NCBI GenBank assembly: GCA_965213625.1
Contig: CBDBZU010000004.1
Coordinates: forward strand, 3,552,001-3,616,000
DNA from: a bacterium
Lineage (GTDB): Bacteria > UBA8248
Reading direction: 5' to 3'
DNA length: 64,000 bases
In this document: in pieces, positions 28,374 through 38,240 of the stretch
Layout: each line of letters starts with the position of its first letter
Numbering within the stretch: the first letter of the stretch is position 1
Made by a program: the position numbers and the translations under genes
Notes under the pieces: model-generated
Databases searched by the model: none
Told to the model about the DNA's origin: nothing
What the model saw: the letters and a program-made list of their open reading frames with translations, nothing else

Positions 28374-30452
28374 ATGCTGATAAAGCGCATCCTGCTGCTG
28401 CTTCCCATTCTCATCGCGGCCGCGTTGCTCCAGTCCTACTTCTGGGTGCCGACGTTCTCCGACCAGACCAAAGGCGGCAGCGACGAGCGCCTCCACCAGT
28501 TCATCACCGGCTCCATCGGCGACGCGCAGATTCTGAATCCCATTCTTCACGCCGACACGGCGAGCGGGGCCATCGTCGATCAGATATTTGAGGGCCTCAC
28601 CGACAGGGACCGCGACCTCTCCTACCGGGGCCGGCTGGCCGAATCGTGGAAAATCTATGAAGAGGCGTTCTTCGTGCCCCATCCCGAGGGGCCGGGCGCG
28701 AAGACTCTCGTAGAACGCATCGAGCGGGCGCGCAACGCAGGCGAGGCCGCGTGGCTTAAAAACATCGAAAAAATCGAAGCCATCGCTCCCGCCGAACAGA
28801 AAACAGCCATCCGCACCCCGCCGGCCAAGGGCGAGAAAAGACCCGGGAAAAAAGATATTCTAATCGCCTATCCCGAGCGGGTGAAGGTGACGCTCAAGAG
28901 CGTGGATCAGGACCTGTTCAAGCATCTGGAAAAATTGCTGGGCAAGGGCGGCCTCGCCAAAGACCCCGCTCCCTACGTCAAGACGACGCTGCCGGAGAAG
29001 CTGCTTCCTTTCGCCGCGCGGCGCGTCAAGCTCATAGAGCACAACCCGATCATCATCTTCAAGCTCAGGCAAGGCGTGCGCTTCCACGACGGTCACGAGT
29101 TCGACTCCGGCGACGTGCGCTTCACCTATAATGCGATCATCAATCCCCAGAATCTTTCCCCCAGGGTGCCCGATTACGAACCCGTCAAGCGCGTGGAGAC
29201 GCCCGACAGGTTCACCGTCAAGATCACCTACAAGCGCCTCTACTCCCCCGCTTTCGGTTCCTGGGGCATGGGGATGCTGCCCGAGCATCTGCTGAACGAG
29301 AAAAAACTCGCCGAAGAAGCGAAGCAAAAGGGGAAGGAACCCAAGGCGTTCAGCTTGCGCGACAGCGCGTTCAACCGGAAACCCGTCGGCACGGGCCCGT
29401 TCGCCTTCAAGGAATGGCGCTCGGACGAACTCATCCGCCTGGCCAGAAACGACGACTACTGGGAGGGGCCGCCCGAGTATCACGAATACGTCTACAGAAT
29501 ACTGCCGGACCCCCTCACGCAGGAGATCACATTCTACGCGGGCACGGTGGACCGCTACGGGGCGGGCGCGCACCAGGTCGAGCGGCTCAAAAAGGACCCC
29601 AGGTTCCAGGTGTTCTCGGGCCTGGGCTTCGGGTTCGCCTACATCGGCTACAACATGCGGCGCTGGCCGTTTCAGGACGCGCGCGTGCGCCGGGCGCTGG
29701 GCATGGCGGTGAACACCAAGCAGATCCACCGCTATGTGATGAACGGCGAGGCCGAGGACATCACGGGCCCGTTCGTGAAGCAAAGCCCGCACTACAACCG
29801 CAGCGTCAAACCCCTGGCCTACGACCCCAAAGGGGCGGAACGACTGCTGCACGAAGCGGGGTTCCGGAAAAAAGACGGAATCCTGATGAAAGACGGCAAG
29901 CCCCTCGCCTTCACCCTGATGACGAACCACGGCAACGAGATCAGGCGTGCCGTCGGCACCGTCGTCCAGGACGCCTGGAAGAAGATAGGCGTCAAGATCA
30001 CCTTCTCGCAAGTCGAATGGGCCGTGTTCATCCGAAAATACATCAACCAGCTCAATTTCGACGCGGTTGTCCTCGGCTGGAGCATGGGTCTCGACCCGGA
30101 CCTCTACCAGATCTGGCACTCGAGCCAGACGAACAAGGGCCAGCTCAACTTCGTGGGCTACAAGAACCCCAAGGCGGACGACCTCATCATCAAGATCCGC
30201 CAGGAATACGACCTGGCGAAACAGGTCAGCTACGCGCACGCGCTCCACCGCATCATCGCGGCAGATCAGCCCTACACGTTCTTGTACGTGAGCAAGTGGA
30301 CGGCGCTGCTCGACCGGAAAATCGCCATCGCCAGGCGTCTGAAGGGCGGCGCATTACGGCCGGAAAAAATCCGCCCCACCATCACGGGGAACTTTTCGTT
30401 CGACTTCAACGAATGGCTGAAATTTCCCCGCATCCCCCAGTTCGAGAACTAA
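28374..30452 (+). CDS. Peptide ABC transporter substrate-binding protein (family 5)
   Basis: LRQGVRFHDG, VGTGPF, VRRAL, LYQIWHS. Confidence 0.9.
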   Translation: MLIKRILLLLPILIAAALLQSYFWVPTFSDQTKGGSDERLHQFITGSIGDAQILNPILHADTASGAIVDQIFEGLTDRDRDLSYRGRLAESWKIYEEAFFVPHPEGPGAKTLVERIERARNAGEAAWLKNIEKIEAIAPAEQKTAIRTPPAKGEKRPGKKDILIAYPERVKVTLKSVDQDLFKHLEKLLGKGGLAKDPAPYVKTTLPEKLLPFAARRVKLIEHNPIIIFKLRQGVRFHDGHEFDSGDVRFTYNAIINPQNLSPRVPDYEPVKRVETPDRFTVKITYKRLYSPAFGSWGMGMLPEHLLNEKKLAEEAKQKGKEPKAFSLRDSAFNRKPVGTGPFAFKEWRSDELIRLARNDDYWEGPPEYHEYVYRILPDPLTQEITFYAGTVDRYGAGAHQVERLKKDPRFQVFSGLGFGFAYIGYNMRRWPFQDARVRRALGMAVNTKQIHRYVMNGEAEDITGPFVKQSPHYNRSVKPLAYDPKGAERLLHEAGFRKKDGILMKDGKPLAFTLMTNHGNEIRRAVGTVVQDAWKKIGVKITFSQVEWAVFIRKYINQLNFDAVVLGWSMGLDPDLYQIWHSSQTNKGQLNFVGYKNPKADDLIIKIRQEYDLAKQVSYAHALHRIIAADQPYTFLYVSKWTALLDRKIAIARRLKGGALRPEKIRPTITGNFSFDFNEWLKFPRIPQFEN

Positions 30453-30453
30453 C

Positions 30454-31449
30454 GTGGGCGCCTACATCATCCGCACGACGCTGTTCAAGCTGGTGACGCT
30501 GTTCATCATCTCGATCGTGAGCTTCCTGATCATCCACCTCGCACCCGGCGAGCCGAGCCAGATCGACCCCCTGAACCCGCGCTTCACGCAGGAAGACCTC
30601 GCGCGCTACCGCGCGGCCTTCGACCTCGACAAGCCGCTTCCGGTCCAATACTGGCTCTTCTACAAGAAATTCTTCACAAACGAGCTCGCGAGCCTGAAGG
30701 ACAACCAGCCGGTGTTCGGAAAGATATGGCGGCGCTTCCTGATCAGCCTGCCCCTGTTCATCGTGGGCACCATCATCACCTGGTGCCTCTCGTTCCCGCT
30801 GGGAATCGCGGGCGCACTGCGCCGCTACAGCGTGTTCGACCGCTCCACCACCTTCATGAGCTATCTCATGATCTCGATGCCGAGCTTCTTTCTGGCCTAT
30901 ATCCTTATCATCGCCGTCGTCCAAGGGTTCACCCTGCCCTTCACCGACTACCACGTACCGGGTCTGGAAGTCTCCGTACTGGGCATCGAGACCTTCGGCC
31001 GGGGCGACGTCTCCCCCCTGTTCAGAATTAACGACCGCATCTGGCATCTGGTGCTGCCGAGCCTCGTGGGCGCAATCGGCGGCATCGCCGTGCTCTCACG
31101 CTACGTGCGCGGGCAGATGATAGAGGTGGTGGATTCGGACTTCATCCGCACGGCCCACTCGAAGGGCCTGGATGAGAACACCGTGAACTACGTCCACGCC
31201 TTGCGAAACGCAGGACTCCCCTTCGTCACCATGTTCGGCCTCATCCTGCCGGGGCTGATCGGCGGCTCGGTCATCATCGAGAACATCTTCGCATGGCCCG
31301 GCATGGGACGCCTGGGCTTCGAGGCCGTGCTGGCGCGTGATTATCCGGTGATATTAAGTCTTAACTTCATCTCCGCCATCCTGGTCGTCATCGGCACCTT
31401 TATCTCCGATATACTGCTCGTCATCGTCGACCCGAGGATTCGCCTGTGA
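30454..31449 (+). CDS. Peptide ABC transporter permease (OppB/DppB-like)
   Basis: HLAPG, LDKPLPVQY, DFIRTAHSKG, IENIFAWPGMG, RDYP, DPRIR. Confidence 0.93.
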   Translation: MGAYIIRTTLFKLVTLFIISIVSFLIIHLAPGEPSQIDPLNPRFTQEDLARYRAAFDLDKPLPVQYWLFYKKFFTNELASLKDNQPVFGKIWRRFLISLPLFIVGTIITWCLSFPLGIAGALRRYSVFDRSTTFMSYLMISMPSFFLAYILIIAVVQGFTLPFTDYHVPGLEVSVLGIETFGRGDVSPLFRINDRIWHLVLPSLVGAIGGIAVLSRYVRGQMIEVVDSDFIRTAHSKGLDENTVNYVHALRNAGLPFVTMFGLILPGLIGGSVIIENIFAWPGMGRLGFEAVLARDYPVILSLNFISAILVVIGTFISDILLVIVDPRIRL

Positions 31450-32948
31450 ACGAAACCCTCGAAATGCGCGAGATGGTTGAGGAGATGGGGGAGGAACTCA
31501 CTCCCGGGCAGCGCGTATGGCGACACCTGCGGCGAAACCGCATGGCGATGGCGGGCGGCGTGGTGCTGGTGTTCTTCTTCGTCCTGGCGTCAATCGGCTT
31601 CGTCAATTCCGCCCTCATGAGCGAGCCGATGTTCGACGCCAACGTAGTGCGCCTGCCGGACAAGCTCATGGCCCCCCTCTCCGCTCCGACGACAAGCCAG
31701 ATACCCAAAGAAAACCTCCCGCGCCTCGGGATATACGTGTTCGGCACAGACGATCTGGGCCGCGACGTGTTCTCCAGAATGCTCGAGGGCACCTTCATCT
31801 CGATGTCGGTCGGCTTCGTGGCCATCGGCATCGCCACGTTCCTGGGAGTCGCGATAGGCGGAATCGCCGGCTTTTACGGAGAGATCAAGCCGAGCGGCGC
31901 ACCCCTGTTCGGCTTCATCGGGGCGGGCCTCACCGGCTACGCCGTGTGGAACGAGTTGGGTTTTCTGGCTTTGCTCTTCTGTGCGCTAGGAGGAGGCGCC
32001 GGGCTATCCGTGCGCCGTGACGGGCGCTCCCTGTTCCTGGAGGGCATGATCTTCGGCGCGCTGTTGGGTCTCGCTCTAGGACCGTTCGATCCGTTCGGGT
32101 TCAGCGGCTTCACCTCCGACCTCGGCCTAAGCGTACGCACGCCCTATTGGCGCGAGGGATTCCTGGGCGCGGCCTGTCTTTTCGCGCTCGCCGCATTCGG
32201 CGGGGCGCAGGGCGCGAACGCGGAGGAAAGCGCGGCGGACGGCTTCTCCATAAGCGCGGTGACGGGCGGTGGCGCCGTCTATTTCATCCTCCTGCTCTCG
32301 GGCCTTTATCTCGCCTATCCGGGCCATACGGCGCACCTGTGGACGAGCGTCGCGGGGGCGGTGGCTTGCGTGTATCTCTACCAGAGATTCGACGTCACCG
32401 AACTTCTTCATAGATTCCGGCTGCCCAAGGTGGACATCATCTACACCACGGTCGTGGACGTGCAGCTTTCGTTCCCGTCGTTTTTCGTGCTCTTGACCAT
32501 CCTGGCCCTCGTGACGCCCAACATCTGGATCATCATGGTGGTCATCGGCGTACTGGGCTGGGTGGGGCCTGCGCGCTTCGTGCGCGCCGAGATTCTCTCG
32601 CTGAGGGAGCAGCCCTTCGTGGAGTCCGCGCGCTCCTCGGGCGGCTCGGACAGGCTCATCATCTTCCGATATCTCATCCCCAACTCACTCGCGCCCGTCC
32701 TGGTTTCGGCGACCATCGGCATCGCGGGCGCGATCCTGACCGAAGCGAGCCTGAGCTTCCTCGGCTTCGGCGTTCCGCCGCCCCAGGCGAGTTGGGGGAA
32801 CATCTTCTCGGACGGCAAGAAATACATCTTCGACGCCCCCTGGCTCACCTTCATCCCGGGCTTTGCGATACTCGTCGTCATGCTCGCCTTCAACCTCTTC
32901 GGCGAGGGCCTGCGCGACGCCATGAACCCGAGGGCGAACAGCAAATAG
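31446..32948 (+). CDS. Peptide ABC transporter permease (OppC/DppC-like) with a large hydrophobic insertion
   Basis: FGTDDLGRDVFSR, EASLSFLGFG, AFNLFGEGLRDAMNP; 500 aa versus about 300 typical. Confidence 0.88.
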   Translation: MNETLEMREMVEEMGEELTPGQRVWRHLRRNRMAMAGGVVLVFFFVLASIGFVNSALMSEPMFDANVVRLPDKLMAPLSAPTTSQIPKENLPRLGIYVFGTDDLGRDVFSRMLEGTFISMSVGFVAIGIATFLGVAIGGIAGFYGEIKPSGAPLFGFIGAGLTGYAVWNELGFLALLFCALGGGAGLSVRRDGRSLFLEGMIFGALLGLALGPFDPFGFSGFTSDLGLSVRTPYWREGFLGAACLFALAAFGGAQGANAEESAADGFSISAVTGGGAVYFILLLSGLYLAYPGHTAHLWTSVAGAVACVYLYQRFDVTELLHRFRLPKVDIIYTTVVDVQLSFPSFFVLLTILALVTPNIWIIMVVIGVLGWVGPARFVRAEILSLREQPFVESARSSGGSDRLIIFRYLIPNSLAPVLVSATIGIAGAILTEASLSFLGFGVPPPQASWGNIFSDGKKYIFDAPWLTFIPGFAILVVMLAFNLFGEGLRDAMNPRANSK

Positions 32949-33056
32949 CGGCTTGGCGGGGATGGACCGGCTCGGGAGGCGTTGACAGCCAAGCGCGCGC
33001 GACGCTATATAGCCTCTTGCCCCGAGCGTTGGTTCGAAGAGACGCCCTGGCATATT

Positions 33057-33143
33057 GCCCAAGTGGTGGAATTGGTAGACACGCTAGCTTGAGGGGCTAG
33101 TGGGGGCAACCCCGTGTCGGTTCGAGTCCGGCCTTGGGCACCA
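33057..33143 (+). tRNA. tRNA-Leu (anticodon GAG)
   Basis: gcccaag acceptor pairs with cttgggc+acca; D-loop ggaattggtagac; anticodon arm ctagc-ttGAGgg-gctag; long variable arm; T-loop gttcgagtc; ttgaca at 32982 upstream. Confidence 0.97.
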
Positions 33144-33267
33144 TTCAATCTTCGCGACATGCACCATACACGACTCGAACTAACCCGCCCGGGTCGTCCT
33201 CACACCCGGCCTGAAACCCCGCCAATAATAATCCTGGCTTTTTCTGTGGCGAAATCTGCGCCCTGAG

Positions 33268-33288
33268 ACCTATATTGGGAATATAGGT
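33268..33288. promoter_or_regulatory. Perfect inverted repeat, possible operator
   Basis: acctatatt-ggg-aatataggt about 50 bp upstream of the 33336 ORF. Confidence 0.5.
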
Positions 33289-33335
33289 GAGCGACATCTC
33301 TATATCGTAAGCCAAAGTCGCAGAAGGAGGTCGGC

Positions 33336-33539
33336 ATGAGCCAATACATCTGGATTTGCCCGAAATGCTTGCACCAGTTTCAGGGACATGTGTTCGATCA
33401 GGGCACCTACGGGAACGGCCCCATATGCAACGCCTGCTGCGTGGAACTGGAATTCCTGCCCGCAGTGGATGCGGGGGCCAAGTCCGCGAAAAAAGAACCG
33501 ACTGGCAAAAAGCAGGTCCGCGCGCCTCACCCAGCCTAG
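33336..33539 (+). CDS. Small zinc-ribbon-like protein (67 aa)
   Basis: Strong RBS aaggagg; CPKC...CNAC motif. Confidence 0.65.
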   Translation: MSQYIWICPKCLHQFQGHVFDQGTYGNGPICNACCVELEFLPAVDAGAKSAKKEPTGKKQVRAPHPA

Positions 33540-33640
33540 GGCCGCGGGGCGTGATACCTGCGGTTTTCCTCACCGAAGCAAAGCGCCGCAAAATCCCGCA
33601 TCCTGTCTGTGAAGATAAACACTTCCAGATAGTCGCATTC
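33527..33640 (-). pseudogene. Decayed duplicate of the 3' end of def
   Basis: Translates ECDYLEVFIFTDRMRDFAALCFGEENRRYHAPRP*AG* versus Def EYDHLDGLIFIDRMRDFSTLCFGEEYRRYHAPRPKEG*. Confidence 0.85.
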
Positions 33641-33677
33641 AATCCGGCGCATCGAGTCGGACGCGCATCTCAACCGG

Positions 33678-34259
33678 CTAGGGACGGGCTTTCTTGATGC
33701 GCCACTGCTTGAACTTCTTATCGGTGGAGGCGCACGGCGCGAGCCCGAGACCGCGCGACATGTACGGCCCGGCCGACCTGCTGGCGGCGCCTGCTACGAG
33801 GCAAAGCGTCTTATCGCCGCCGGGGCGGAACTCCATCGCCGCTTCGTCGTAATCGAAGTCCTGGCCTGAGACGTCTTTTGCGCAATCCAGCAGGCCAAAC
33901 GTTACCCCGGCGGCGGCCGGCGCCAGAAGCGCCGCGCACTTCCCCGAAAATGTGGCCGAAGCGATGCGCCGCGCCGCCTCCTCGTAGCGGAACTGCACAT
34001 CGCCGCCGCGCGGCTTGCACGAGTGCGCATGCAACCTATCACTGAACCCACGTCCACGGGTGTCGATGCACCATCCCAGCTTGTCCTGCTCGTCCAGATT
34101 ATCCGCAAGATATATCACCGGCGCCGGAGTCTGGAGGTCGGGCGGGGCCGCATACGCCGCTGCCGGGAGGCCAAGCAGCAGGAGAAGTACCACGCGCGCG
34201 AGCGTCTTGACTCCCGAGGCGCCGCCGGAATAACCGCCCATAGCTCCGATTGTTTTCAT
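33678..34259 (-). CDS. Secreted ricin-B/beta-trefoil lectin-like protein (start uncertain)
   Basis: Signal peptide (LLLLLGLPAAAYA); repeated GWCID..HSCK, GKCA..LDC, LCL..APC..QW pattern. Confidence 0.7.
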   Translation of the reverse strand: MKTIGAMGGYSGGASGVKTLARVVLLLLLGLPAAAYAAPPDLQTPAPVIYLADNLDEQDKLGWCIDTRGRGFSDRLHAHSCKPRGGDVQFRYEEAARRIASATFSGKCAALLAPAAAGVTFGLLDCAKDVSGQDFDYDEAAMEFRPGGDKTLCLVAGAASRSAGPYMSRGLGLAPCASTDKKFKQWRIKKARP

Positions 34260-34354
34260 TTCGGAATTCCTCCCTGTCTTCCTGCATTCCAGGGGCCCGC
34301 CGCATCGACCAAGCCGAAGTGAGGGAAATGGCACTAACCGACGGGGCTGGCCCC

Positions 34355-34882
34355 TCACCCCTCCTTGGGCCGCGGGGCATGATACCTGCGGTATTCCTCG
34401 CCGAAGCAGAGCGTGGAGAAATCGCGCATCCTGTCGATGAAAATCAGCCCGTCGAGATGATCGTATTCATGCTGGCACACGCGCGCGGCGAAGCCCTCCA
34501 GTTCCTCGGAATAGGCTCCTCCTTCTGCGTCCAGGGCTTCCAGGCGCACGTGGTCGTTGCGCGGCACGCGGCCATGAATGTCGGGGATGCTGAGGCACCC
34601 CTCCCAATCCTCCCAGCCTTCCTGGCCTAAAGGCGTGAGCCTCGGGTTTACAGCCACGCGCAGCGTCGCCTCATCGTCGGGGTCGGTCTGCATGACGAAC
34701 AGCCTGAGCCCGTAGTGCACCTGCGGAGCGGCGAGGCCTACGCCCGCGTATTCGTGCATGGTCTCGACCAGGTCCTCGATTAAGGCCGCGAGTTCGGGAC
34801 TCCCAAGCTCATCGGGCGCAATCTCGCGCGCTTTGTTTCTCAAGACGGGATGGCCCATGCGGGCGACCTTCAGTATGGGCAT
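34355..34882 (-). CDS. def: Peptide deformylase
   Basis: GVGLAAPQV, EGCLS, QHEYDHLDG. Confidence 0.97.
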   Translation of the reverse strand: MPILKVARMGHPVLRNKAREIAPDELGSPELAALIEDLVETMHEYAGVGLAAPQVHYGLRLFVMQTDPDDEATLRVAVNPRLTPLGQEGWEDWEGCLSIPDIHGRVPRNDHVRLEALDAEGGAYSEELEGFAARVCQHEYDHLDGLIFIDRMRDFSTLCFGEEYRRYHAPRPKEG

Positions 34883-34891
34883 CTCTCTCTC

Positions 34892-35608
34892 CTATCCGCT
34901 CGGGGAAGTACTAGGCGGCAGGGCGGCGAACCAGGCGGCCAGACCGCCCGGGTCCACGGTCTCCTCCAGCGAGTCCACCACGCGGTCGGCCTCGGTGAGC
35001 TTATCGGCAGGATAGCTCGTCGTCACCGCGAGCGTTCTCATGCCGGCCGAATTGCCGGAGCGCACCCCTGCCACGGAATCCTCCACCACGAGACACGATG
35101 CCCCCGGAACCGGTTCGTTCAGATTCTCGTTAATTTGCGCAAGGGCAGTCAGGAAACTTTCCGGATCGGGCTTGCCGCGGTTCACCATCTCCGCCGTCAC
35201 GATGATCGGGAAACAATCGATGAGTCCCACCCGATCGAGCACGGGCCGCACCTCGTGGCCCAGGGCGCCGCTCGCAATGGCGAGGGGCCAGTGGCCGTCG
35301 GCGGCGCGAATCATCTCCGCAGCGCCGGGCAGAATCTGGGGCGCAAGAGCGATTTCCTGATAGCGCGCCTCTTTCAGTTCCAGTAGCTGCTCGAAGCGGT
35401 CGGCTTCGACGACCACACCGCGATCGTCAAGAACGTGGGAGAACAGGAGCCTGTCGTCAAACGCAAGATAGCGCTCTGCGTATTCCTCTTCCGTCAGGTC
35501 CAGGTCCAGTTCTTCCGATAACACCGCCTGAAACGCCGCCAGGTGAAGCGGCTCGCTGTCCGCGATGGTGCCGTCGAAATCAAAAATAATCGCTTTTAAT
35601 TCCGGCAT
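34892..35608 (-). CDS. HAD-family phosphatase
   Basis: IFDFDGT, GKPDP, VEDSVAG. Confidence 0.9.
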   Translation of the reverse strand: MPELKAIIFDFDGTIADSEPLHLAAFQAVLSEELDLDLTEEEYAERYLAFDDRLLFSHVLDDRGVVVEADRFEQLLELKEARYQEIALAPQILPGAAEMIRAADGHWPLAIASGALGHEVRPVLDRVGLIDCFPIIVTAEMVNRGKPDPESFLTALAQINENLNEPVPGASCLVVEDSVAGVRSGNSAGMRTLAVTTSYPADKLTEADRVVDSLEETVDPGGLAAWFAALPPSTSPSG

Positions 35609-35696
35609 TCTCTCTCTCCGTATCCATTGCGGCCACACCCCGATAGAAGCCTCCGCTTCGCCGCCGCACGCATTCCGCCATCTCTTTTACCGGGCC

Positions 35697-36461
35697 TTAC
35701 AGCCACCCTCCTCCGTCTTCGAATATGCTCTCGCCCGTAATGTAGGCCGAAGCGTCAGACGCCAGAAAAACCGCGAGGCCCACGATATCCGCGGGCTCGC
35801 CCATGCGGCCGAGCATCGTCCTTGCCTTGAGCCCCTCCTCCACGCTGGGGTCTTCGAGCGCAGGCGCCAGCATCGGCGTTCTGTGCACGCCCGGGCAGAT
35901 GCAGTTCACGCGAACGCCCCGCCCGCCCCATTCGGCGGCGAGCGCTTTCGTGAGTCCCACCACGCCGTATTTACTCGCGTTATACGCCGCGCGCGCGGGT
36001 CTGTGGCCCCGCTCCCCCAGGAACGTGCCGATGTTCACGATGCTGCCCGCACCGCGCGCGATCATCCCGCGCCCTGCGGCCTGTGCGCACAGAAAAGCGC
36101 CCGTGAGATTCACGTCGACGACGAAGCGGAAATCCTCAGGCGAGACATCCACGCTCGGGTCTGCGTTGATAACGCCCGCTCCGTTTACGAGAACATCAAC
36201 GCCGCCCAAGGCCTCTTGCGTCCGCTCCACGGCGCGTGCCACCTCGTCCGCCTCCGTGACGTCCGCCCCGATGGCGAGGGCGCGGCGGCCCAATTCCTCG
36301 ACTCGGCGCGCCGTTTCGGCCACCAAGTTCTCCCGCCTGCCGAGAACGGCCACGTCCGCACCCGCTTCGGCCAGACCCAGCGCCATCGCTGCTCCCAGAC
36401 CCGTGCCCGCGCCCGTCACAAGGGCCGCCTTGCCGTCCAAACGAAATTTATCGAGTATCAA
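35697..36461 (-). CDS. SDR family oxidoreductase
   Basis: TGAGTGLG, VNGAG, YNASK. Confidence 0.92.
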   Translation of the reverse strand: MILDKFRLDGKAALVTGAGTGLGAAMALGLAEAGADVAVLGRRENLVAETARRVEELGRRALAIGADVTEADEVARAVERTQEALGGVDVLVNGAGVINADPSVDVSPEDFRFVVDVNLTGAFLCAQAAGRGMIARGAGSIVNIGTFLGERGHRPARAAYNASKYGVVGLTKALAAEWGGRGVRVNCICPGVHRTPMLAPALEDPSVEEGLKARTMLGRMGEPADIVGLAVFLASDASAYITGESIFEDGGGWL

Positions 36462-36617
36462 GACCGTGTTCCTTTGGCAATTATAAAATCAAAAAGGATT
36501 GCGCCGCTCAAATGTCTCATAAAAGCGCCCCAAGCTAGGGGAAGGCGCATGGGGGTGTCAATACAAGGGCCGATGATTTAATCCAAGGCGAGGAGCGGAG
36601 TGGACGCACCTCGTAGT

Positions 36618-36991
36618 GGGTTTGTTGAAGAAGTCCATGTAGCCCCCTGATCGGCGACGTGATGTTCCCGTAGGGACAGGCCTCCGTGCCTGTCCTGATT
36701 ACAACCATCCTGCAAAAGGACAACCACGGAGGGTTGTCCCTACAAAAGGCGATGTGGTTTTGCTCGTCATTCCGGCGAAAGCCGGAATCCATTTGCAGGT
36801 GCGGGTGAATGAACGGCAGCGTTTCATTCTCCACCGATACGAGGAAACCCTGACGAAAAGCGAAAAACGTAAAAATGGATTCCGGCTTTCGCCGGAATGA
36901 CGGTGAGCACTCTCGATTGGGAGCAAACAACCCCTTTATTGGGGGGGCGTCGCTTCTACCTCCTACAGACAAGGACTTTTTCAACAACCTC
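36618..36991. mobile_element. MITE-like element with IS1182-type ends enclosing REP units
   Basis: Ends gggtttgttgaagaagtcc / ggactttttcaacaacctc; flanks gtagt/gttgt; contains a GTAG-type REP pair and the inverted pair gtcattccggcgaaagccggaatcca. Confidence 0.7.
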
Positions 36992-37077
36992 GTTGTTGAG
37001 GGCATACATAAAGACTACACTTTTCCCGATACGCTAGCGGCGCACCAACCGCCCTCACCCCGAGATGGGCTATCCGA

Positions 37078-37752
37078 ATGGCCGAAAACCGACAAACCGA
37101 TGAAACGATCAAAATCTGCCCCCTCTGCGGGTCGCGCGAGACCGGGCATTATCTTCACTCCGATGCGAGAGACTATTTTCACTGCCCCGTCTGCCGCCTC
37201 ATTTTCGTGCCGCCCGGGTACTGGCCTGCGCCTGAGGCGGAAAAAGCGAGATACGAACAGCATCAGAATTCGGCTTCCGATGAGGGATACACCTCATTTC
37301 TAAAACAGTTGAGCGAGCCCCTGATGAGGTTGCTGCCGAAAGGCGCTCGGGGGCTTGATTTCGGCGCGGGACCGGCGTCGGATGGACACCCCGTACTGTG
37401 CGAGTTATACCAAGCGCAAGGACTCAAGTGCCTGCCCTACGACCCCTACTTCTTCCCGGAAATGCCGGATGGCCCCTTTGATTTCATCGCCGCGAGCGAG
37501 ACGTTCGAGCATTTAAGACACCCGAGAGAAGAAATCGGGCGGATTTATGAAAACCTGAAACCGGGCGGCCTTCTGGGCGTCATGACGGCGTTCTGGGAAG
37601 AAGCGCTGTTCGCCAACAACTGGCACTACCGACGCGACTTCACGCATCTTTGCTTCTACCGGCTGGAGAGTTTCGCATGGATTCAGGAGAATTTCGGCTT
37701 CGCATGCCGCTGGACGGATGAGCGCCGCGTCATCATCCTGGAGAAGATTTAA
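37078..37752 (+). CDS. Class I SAM-dependent methyltransferase with N-terminal zinc ribbon
   Basis: CPLC..CPVC, LDFGAG, ETFEH, WHYRRDFTH. Confidence 0.88.
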   Translation: MAENRQTDETIKICPLCGSRETGHYLHSDARDYFHCPVCRLIFVPPGYWPAPEAEKARYEQHQNSASDEGYTSFLKQLSEPLMRLLPKGARGLDFGAGPASDGHPVLCELYQAQGLKCLPYDPYFFPEMPDGPFDFIAASETFEHLRHPREEIGRIYENLKPGGLLGVMTAFWEEALFANNWHYRRDFTHLCFYRLESFAWIQENFGFACRWTDERRVIILEKI

Positions 37753-37799
37753 TATGGCTCGGCTCGTATTGCTCTCTTTTAATTTGGGGATAGACGAAT

Positions 37800-38094
37800 G
37801 GGATTGTTGAAAAAACCCTGCGAAGTGATTTTGAAATTCACTCCCCCCTTGAGGGGGAGTGAAGTCTCCTCCTTCATCAGTCGCGTTTGACCCCACAAAC
37901 CTCCAACGCCTCTTTCCTCACCCTGAGTAGCCGCCGAAGGTAGAATGCGACTGAGAAAGGAGCGTTTGTATCGAAGAAGCGTCTCTTCGACATGCTCAGG
38001 AATGCAGCCCCTCCTTCCTCAGTCGGGGCTGACCTTCGATACGCGGCTTCGCCGCTACTCAGGATGAGGCGGAGAGGACTCCTTCAACAACCCC
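37800..38094. mobile_element. MITE-like element with IS1182-type ends
   Basis: gggattgttgaaaaa ... ggactccttcaacaacccc; contains an intact target palindrome (37839-37861) and caccctgagtag-type REP; no TSD seen. Confidence 0.6.
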
Positions 38095-38240
38095 GCAAAC
38101 CGCCGACTGCATGTAAGAATCTCGATAAGGCTCACGCCCCCTTTTTGCAAGATTGCTTGTTCGCGCCCATACGCTGTGGCATTCTTGCGCGTGGGTAAAA
38201 AACCTCTTGATTCATGTGGGGAACCAGTCTCTTGCGCACG

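Noticed and set aside
33144-33335. Integrated prophage or ICE at tRNA-Leu
   Set aside because: No integrase and no duplicated tRNA 3' end found in the window
36535-37005. 156-aa ORF containing MDSGFRRND
   Set aside because: Translation of REP repeats inside a MITE-like element
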